This document shows positions 57,196 through 64,000 of a stretch of DNA of 64,000 nucleotides, piece after piece (positions within the stretch are counted from its first letter, which is position 1; the number at the start of each line of letters is the position of its first letter). This DNA is from Adineta vaga. Taxonomy: Eukaryota; Animalia; Rotifera. The position numbers and the translations under genes are program-made. The notes under the pieces are model-generated. The model was not told where the DNA came from. It did not search any database and saw only the letters and a program-made list of their open reading frames with translations. Where the stretch lies: positions 13,826,001 through 13,890,000 of the forward strand of contig CP075493.1 of the NCBI GenBank assembly GCA_021613535.1, given 5' to 3'.

Positions 57196-57411
57196 ATGGT
57201 CCGTGTTTGCCAATGGATATACATCGTTTTTGCAGTTCTATTGATGATTGCAAGCTGTCAAGTACAAGCAACCAATGAATTTGATAATAAGATTGGACTT
57301 AAGATGAAATCAAACGATAGAATTCGTCAATATCTCAATAGACGTGGCCCACCTTGTTGTGAATGTCCTAATCGTGCACCATGTAACGTTAAATGTTGCA
57401 CATCAGGTTAA
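57196..57411 (+). CDS. Secreted cysteine-rich peptide precursor (signal, pro-region, RR, CC-C-C-CC, terminal Gly)
   Basis: Hydrophobic signal ending VQA, dibasic RR, mature GPPCCECPNRAPCNVKCCTSG; tataaa at 57121 and aataaa at ~57501. Confidence 0.8.
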   Translation: MVRVCQWIYIVFAVLLMIASCQVQATNEFDNKIGLKMKSNDRIRQYLNRRGPPCCECPNRAPCNVKCCTSG

Positions 57412-58081
57412 ATCAATTGGATACTATAGCCCAGTACATTTTTATGGGGAAAAGCAAAATATCTTCTCTTTTCCTTCTCTTTTCAATCTTTTTCATTAAA
57501 AATAAATAATTGTTCGAAGAGGATCCTTTCATTTATATTCCAAATCAATATTATCCACACTCTCATGAAACATCACTTGCTCTCCTTATGTTCACACTTT
57601 TTTTTCTATTCTGAAATTAAATTTACGTCTATTTTCAAGCATTCTATAATAAAAAGTGTTAATCCGTCGTCGCTGAATATGAAATATTTTTTATCGTAAC
57701 TCTCAACGAAAAAAAGATTTACAGAAGATGGAATTTACTCAAGGATATTTTCTGTGGACACAAATACCATTAAAAAGAATCTACAAAGTATAGTGAGAAA
57801 GCTAAAGAATGTCTGTAACAGTCGATGAAAAAGATCAACATTTGATAACAACAGAAACGTGCGTATCAGAGAGGAAGAAACAGAACAATAAAACGAAACA
57901 TCCAATACGAATTATTTTTGTTTCTCCATACAAATTTATGAGATACCGATAACACAACATATATTATTGTCAAACAACACAAAATTTCGTCGAAAAGAAG
58001 CCGATCGTTCTTCATTGGACATCTGATGCAATACGAATTTAGTTTCGAACAAACTAAGGAAATATCGTATAGATAAATAAA

Positions 58082-60680
58082 ATGGTAAGCCGTTTTTCTG
58101 ACGTTGAACCTTTGAACATAAAGCAGGCGATTGATGAATATCTTCTTTGTAAAATTGTTTCACTCGAAGAAGCTGTTATTCCTCTATTGCATATTATTAC
58201 TGATGTTCTTGCTCATGCTGACACTGCTAAACTTGCTTGTCAATCACCTTCAAACAAACTTACGCAAGACGAGTCGGCTTCTATTTATCTATATACAATG
58301 GACACTGAATTCTATCGTAAATTAAATAAAGCTTTACGAACGAACAAGGTCGAATGCGTTAAACCATGGTTTCTTTACTTAAAACTTTTTCATACAGCTT
58401 TGAACAAATTACCGTCACAAAGCGAACGCGTTTGGCGTGGAATTGAAGGTAATGTTAGCAGTCAATATAAAAGAGGAACCTGTTTTATATGGGCAGGTGT
58501 ATCATCAGCTTCCACAGATATTAGTGCAATCCATTCTTTTTCGCCAGATCACGCACATACAACGTTGTTCTCGATTGCTTGTCGTTATGGAAAATCAGTG
58601 GCAAAACATAGTGCGATACCCAATGAACAAGAAATCATTCTTATGCCAGGAACAAAATTGCTTGTCAAAGGCATTTTAAAGAAGCCTTTTCTTGACATTA
58701 TCGAACTTCAAGAAGAAATAAATCCGAATGCTATCAATAATCTTGTCATACTTCCTGGAATCCAAAAATCAGTTAAAACGAACAGTTCACCACTAAGCAG
58801 TCCGAAAGCGCCACCGCTAGCGAAATCAAAGGCTGTACTACCTTCGATCAAGTTTCCAGAAGCAAAAGAAACAATACATGATAACTGTAAGTGATCTTAA
58901 ATGCGTAACTACTTGAGAAAATATATATTAACACCATACTTATTTTTATATCAGCATTAATATCAATTCTACTTGTAAATACATTGAGCAACTTTGCCAT
59001 ATCCTTAAATCCTAGACCTGAAAGTTTTTTTAAAACATCGTAGCTGGTTACTTAAAAACAAGCACTTTTCAGCTTATCTGAGCTAGATATTCATTCGACT
59101 TCATTTCATGAATTTTATATTTCATAGCTGAAGCTACAAAAACGTTGGTTTGTCCACATTGTCAAACGAAGAATCTTTTTTCTCACTACAAACAAGGATC
59201 CACATGTACATGTTATTCATGCAAAGCCAGTTATCAACAGGTGACATGTCCTCATTGCCAGAAATCGAATTATTGGAAAAATCATGAAGGTGATTTTGGA
59301 GGCAGACGTATCGAATGTGCGAACTGCCAAAAAGCATTTCAACAAGTGATTTGTCCTCATTGTAACCAGTGCAACTATTGGCTCGATGCTAACTATATTG
59401 AAGGAAATATTATTAATTGTTGTACCTGTAAAAAAGCATTCCAAGTAATGATTTGCACGCACTGTTCATCAGAAAATATTTGGCGAAATGCTGATCATGT
59501 CGACGGTGCTCAAGTAACATGTACAAACTGTAAGAAACATTTTCAGAAAGTGAGTTGTCCCCATTGTGATAAAATGAATGTCTTTCCATCGCTTGGTTAT
59601 CATGAATGTCAACGTATTACATGTGCAAGTTGCAAGAAAGTATTTCAAAAAGTTACCTGTCCACATTGTCAAGCACATTGTTCTTGGAAGAATGCAGATT
59701 ACCTTCCAGGCACTCGAACGTTCTGTAGCTCATGCAAGAAAATATTTCAATGTGTTAACTGTTTTCATTGTAAAACTCCTATCAAATGGTTAAATTCAGA
59801 ATATGAACAGGGAAATATAGTGAACTGTGGATCTTGTTCAAAAAAGTTTCAACAAATCAATTGTCCTCATTGCAAAGTAACGCATTGGTGGAACGACGCC
59901 AGTTCTATACAAGGACGTGTAAAGCAGTGCTTTTCGTGTAAAGAAAAGTATCAACGTATTGCGTGTCCAAATTGTTCAGCAGCAAATATTTTGAAGGAAG
60001 CAAATTATCATCATGGACAGCGTCGAACATGCTTTAGATGTCACAAACCTTTTCAAATGATGCAATGTCCTCATTGCCGAGAAATCAAATATTTTAAAAA
60101 TGGCTCTTATCGTCAAGGAAGTGAAACTATTTGTCTTCATTGCAAGAAAACGTTTCAATTGCTCAATTGTCCATATTGTTTCAGTGAGCTTTATTTCTAT
60201 TCATCGAATAAATATAATGAGAACATATCGATAAATTGCAATTCATGTAAACGATCGTTCTATCATCTAAACTGCTTCAAATGTGGTGCCGCTGAATACT
60301 TCAAGGTAGCATATGAATATGGATCTCGTGATAAATGTTCTTCATGCAATACAACTTCACAATATGTCAAATGCTTTCATTGTAATACGATGAACTCGTG
60401 GCTATGCATCACGACTAAATATGTTTATGGACATGGACGGATCGTGACATGTAATGAATGCCAGAAGAAATATCAACATTTACAGTGTCCACATTGTACA
60501 ACTACGAATTATTTTTCCAATTCTAATTATAACGAAGAAGATAATGTGCGATGCTTCAAATGTCAAAAAGTGTATCAACATAAACAATGTAGCTCATGCA
60601 ATGCACCGAACTATTTTCCTAATGCTGACTACGATTCTTCAAAAGGATGCACATGTTATGAATGCCATACAAATATTTGA
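58082..60680 (+). CDS. Mono-ADP-ribosyltransferase fused to 15 tandem zinc-ribbon repeats (2 exons)
   Basis: ESASIYLYT, VWRG, SSAS and EQE ART motifs. Phase-1 intron 58887-59127 (gtaagt...ttcatag) joins in frame to the 511-aa CxxC repeat ORF. Confidence 0.82.
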
Positions 60681-60833
60681 CACTATCTCAATCTTATCCA
60701 TAGAAAACTTGTCAAACATAACGTTTTTTGATGTTTTTATTGTGAAACTTATTTTACTGTGTAAAATGCGAAAAAGAATATCAATATTTGAATTCATATT
60801 TCTATATTCAAGTTAATTTTTGTTTTTCAACTA

Positions 60834-60901
60834 GGGTGTGGGTGTTGGTATCTCTTCTTCGTCAACAACCTACAGTCTCACGCCCACCCACAGCCACACC
60901 C
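60834..60901. repeat. Telomere-like intergenic palindrome G
   Basis: gggtgtgggtgttggt...acccacagccacaccc (14/16 inverted match), 68 bp. Confidence 0.82.
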
Positions 60902-62511
60902 ATTCTTTGATGTTCTTATTGAACGTATGAAAAGTGTTTTGTACAGAACATGACCCGCCATTTATTGCTAATGAAGAAGATATAAACTATGTATTATACC
61001 ATACTATACCACGCTTATTAAATGAAATAAGCAGTTTTGCCAGTGTATAATTAGGAGTGCATTCAAACAATAAAATAATCGAGATTTACAATTAGGAATC
61101 ATTTGATCAATTCATGAACATATATTCAAGACTAAATAGATGCGTATAAAAACATACATCTAACGCTGCAGATATCTCACCTGTCATCCACGTTCTCAAA
61201 AATCAACCTTCGAAAATGCTTAATTTTGCTTTTCTTTTTTTTGTAGTGTGATTGAGTTTTTATCATTATGATACGATTAAATAATTTGTTTATTTGACTG
61301 TGTGCACTATTGTAGCATAGTTGATACGTAGATAAGTTCGAACGCAAGCTCTCCGTACACATTTGCATGAAATTTTCGTTAAACTATATGATTTCTTTCT
61401 TATGTGAGCGTAATGATGAAAGCATGGATATTGTGTCTCTCTTTTACTTTCACTAAGAGACTCCCAGCAATTTTGTGATTAGCCCATGTGTATTCTTGAC
61501 ATATTTAGTGCTGCAGCATCAGAAGTGTAAAGATAAGACGTAAAAAAGAATCAATGTGAATGCAAAAATTATGGTAGTGATGAGAGAAATGAAAAAGAGC
61601 AGATCAGACTGACTGAAACAAAAAAGAATAAAAAGAAACACTCAAGGTGACTTTTGTTTTCGGTTTTATCGCTCTTGTTTATTAGAAATAAATGAGACCT
61701 TGCAACGAAATATTCATTACTATTTCATTTCTATATAGAATAACATCAACATTTCGCAGACAGAATGTATACAATATATGAGATTTGAAAAATATGAGTT
61801 GATTATTATGTAAAAACATCGTAGCAACTATTCAGTATACATTATCTAGTAGCGACATATTTCCTATGTATTTTAACTTTTTTTCAAAAGTTTTTTCTCG
61901 AATGCAAAAAAAAATAATAAAATAAAGTGATAAAACTTTCGTAACTTCTTTTTCGAACGATGAAAAATTGCTTGAGCGCCAAGATATTATTCAAGGACGT
62001 CACTATCATTCTTAGCCTTCATCATTCTTTGATTATTTGTTTATTTCAATTTACTTCTTACAATCCGCCAGTACCATGCATCACTTTCGTTTTTCAACAC
62101 AATAGTACCGTAAAGATAAAGTACCTGAAAAAGAATCAACATGAATGCGAAGATTATGATGATAAAAAAGGAACAACTCAGAATGACTAAAGAGAAAAAA
62201 GAAGACAAATATAAGGTGTGTCATACATCTATTTTATTCGTCAATGTTTATTGTAAAGAAAATAAGTCTATTATGAAATATGTGTGACTGTTTCATTTCA
62301 TGGTCTCTTTTGGTTCATGTATAAGTCGATGAAAAATAGAACAACTTTTTCCAAGAGAGAACAGGTATACATGAGATTTTGTAAAAAGTAAGTTTATTAT
62401 TTCGTCAGAAACTTAGTTATTATCACCTACATCCTCAACACTTTATCCTTTGTTTAGATACAACTATACTTCTAGATTTTATTCTTTAGAATTGTTGAAA
62501 ACAAAGTAACA

Positions 62512-63528
62512 ATGAATATACTCAAGTATATAGTATTTATCTATGTTATAACTCAAACTGTGAAATCTGATCCAATAAATCGTCATATTAAGATCGATGG
62601 AAATTTCGATGATTGGGCAAATGTTCCATCTTATAGTGATCCTGAAGATAATATCGAAGGCACAGTTTATGATGTTAGTCCGTGGTTTCCTTCACTCAAA
62701 TTTCCTGATTGTCACGACACGAATACCTACGGAATATCTAGTATACCAAAACACATGTACAATCCAAACGTGAATATCGTTGAATTCAAAGTAGCTCATG
62801 ATAATACATCATTGTATGTATATTATCGTGTAGTTGATGGTGGAGTCATTGGCAAGACTTCAGTTGGACCTAATGAATTTAATCAGAATAATCCATCAGA
62901 ACCATCAGCTGGAAGATTTTATGTAATTGCAGCAGTAAATATTGATCACAATGATACCACTGGTTATTGGTTGCATGGTGGTTCTTATCATCCGACTGCT
63001 CCTGGATTCGATGGAAACTTTGAAATTGAGTTTTTTAATGGTTCATTCAATCAGAACTATTATCTTGATCATGCCGCTAACAATGATACCGAAGCAAATT
63101 ACTTAAAACAAGCAAATAAAGAGAATCAATTTGTATTTCTTCCATCTATTTATCCATATTATACTCAATATATTTACTGGAATCGTGAACCAACTTTGAA
63201 CGAAACCAAACGATGTTTAGACGGACCACATAGGTTACCACGGCCATATAGTAGTAACTACATCTGTTTTAGCAGAGATATGGCACCTGGACCGTTTAAT
63301 GGTGCTATTACTTATGCTCGAAGCGAAAAGGGTAATGAATTCGAAATGCGAGCACCATTTCAAGGATTTTTATTAAACTCGCACACAGGTCGGGCTACTT
63401 TGGAATTAGGAATGACAATAAATATATCGTTATCATTGGAAACAAGTGAAGAGTATTCGACACCACGAGATTGGTCGTCGGATACAACAGCAACAATTCA
63501 GTATACATTATCTCATAGTGCTATATAA
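62512..63528 (+). CDS. Secreted protein with a CBM9/DOMON-like start, intronless
   Basis: Signal peptide, IKIDGNFDDW motif, ..AHDNTSLYVYY, NIDHNDTTGY and FEMRAPF. Confidence 0.65.
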   Translation: MNILKYIVFIYVITQTVKSDPINRHIKIDGNFDDWANVPSYSDPEDNIEGTVYDVSPWFPSLKFPDCHDTNTYGISSIPKHMYNPNVNIVEFKVAHDNTSLYVYYRVVDGGVIGKTSVGPNEFNQNNPSEPSAGRFYVIAAVNIDHNDTTGYWLHGGSYHPTAPGFDGNFEIEFFNGSFNQNYYLDHAANNDTEANYLKQANKENQFVFLPSIYPYYTQYIYWNREPTLNETKRCLDGPHRLPRPYSSNYICFSRDMAPGPFNGAITYARSEKGNEFEMRAPFQGFLLNSHTGRATLELGMTINISLSLETSEEYSTPRDWSSDTTATIQYTLSHSAI

Positions 63529-64000
63529 GTATGCAGTCATAGCCGATTCTAGTTCTCGTTTAATAATTTATCTGTGATTTTATTGCGAATAATAAATGAA
63601 ACGAAAAACATACAGAATTCTTAGTTCTTAGTAATGAGAACATTTTTTCCAACAGAATAATACTGTAAAGATAAAGCCTATGAAGAAAAGTCAATATCAA
63701 TGCAAAGAATATGATGATGAAGAAAAAGAATAGGTTAGAATGAGTAGTCAAAAAAATAAAGAAACAGAAACACAAAGTATGCTTTATTTTAATTTTAGTT
63801 GCGAGTGTTTATCGTAAAGACAACTTTACCAGAGAGAAGATTGTAAGTTTTGAAATTTATTCTGATTTGTGTGGAGAATCGATGGATATATCGAATTCAG
63901 AAAAGTGAGTGCATTATTTGTATATACTCATTGGGAATATTTATTAAAATATCCTCAATCTTCTCCAATTTGTAATATGGAGTATCATGTGTCTATAATA

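Noticed and set aside
57555-57566. Isolated ccacactctcat half-site
   Set aside because: No convincing left arm
13980-60901. CRISPR array or classical transposon explanation for the repeats
   Set aside because: Copies are dispersed and non-identical; no cas, transposase, integrase or reverse transcriptase ORF is in the window
1164-63775. Many short 60-120 aa ORFs antisense or out of frame to larger genes, or intergenic
   Set aside because: No motifs or splice support; consistent with chance ORFs

Overview
AT-rich eukaryotic genomic DNA with compact genes and short (mostly 50-70 nt) GT-AG introns. The gene families (ART-TPR, NHL-repeat proteins, lineage-specific rhodopsin-like GPCRs, fungal- and bacterial-like genes carrying introns) and the TGTGGG/TGAGGG-like motifs point to a bdelloid rotifer (inference). 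About 20 genes or pseudogenes are present. They include a repeat-built multi-pass membrane protein, a DnaJ-FYVE giant, three ART-TPR genes (one a pseudogene), an NHL/GPCR gene, a GPCR, a SPRY-HECT E3 ligase, a DED-TM-NHL protein and an ARM-TIR protein. Also present are a glycosyltransferase-like gene, a fungal-type PTR2 transporter, ornithine decarboxylase, a miniaturised HUWE1-like gene, a conotoxin-like peptide precursor, an ART fused to 15 zinc ribbons and a secreted CBM9-like protein. The most notable unexplained signal is a family of ~70-bp intergenic imperfect palindromes. Each has a telomere-like G-rich arm, an unrelated spacer and a C-rich arm, and they sit at many gene boundaries. No rRNA, tRNA, CRISPR array or autonomous transposon was recognised. 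All domain calls are by eye.
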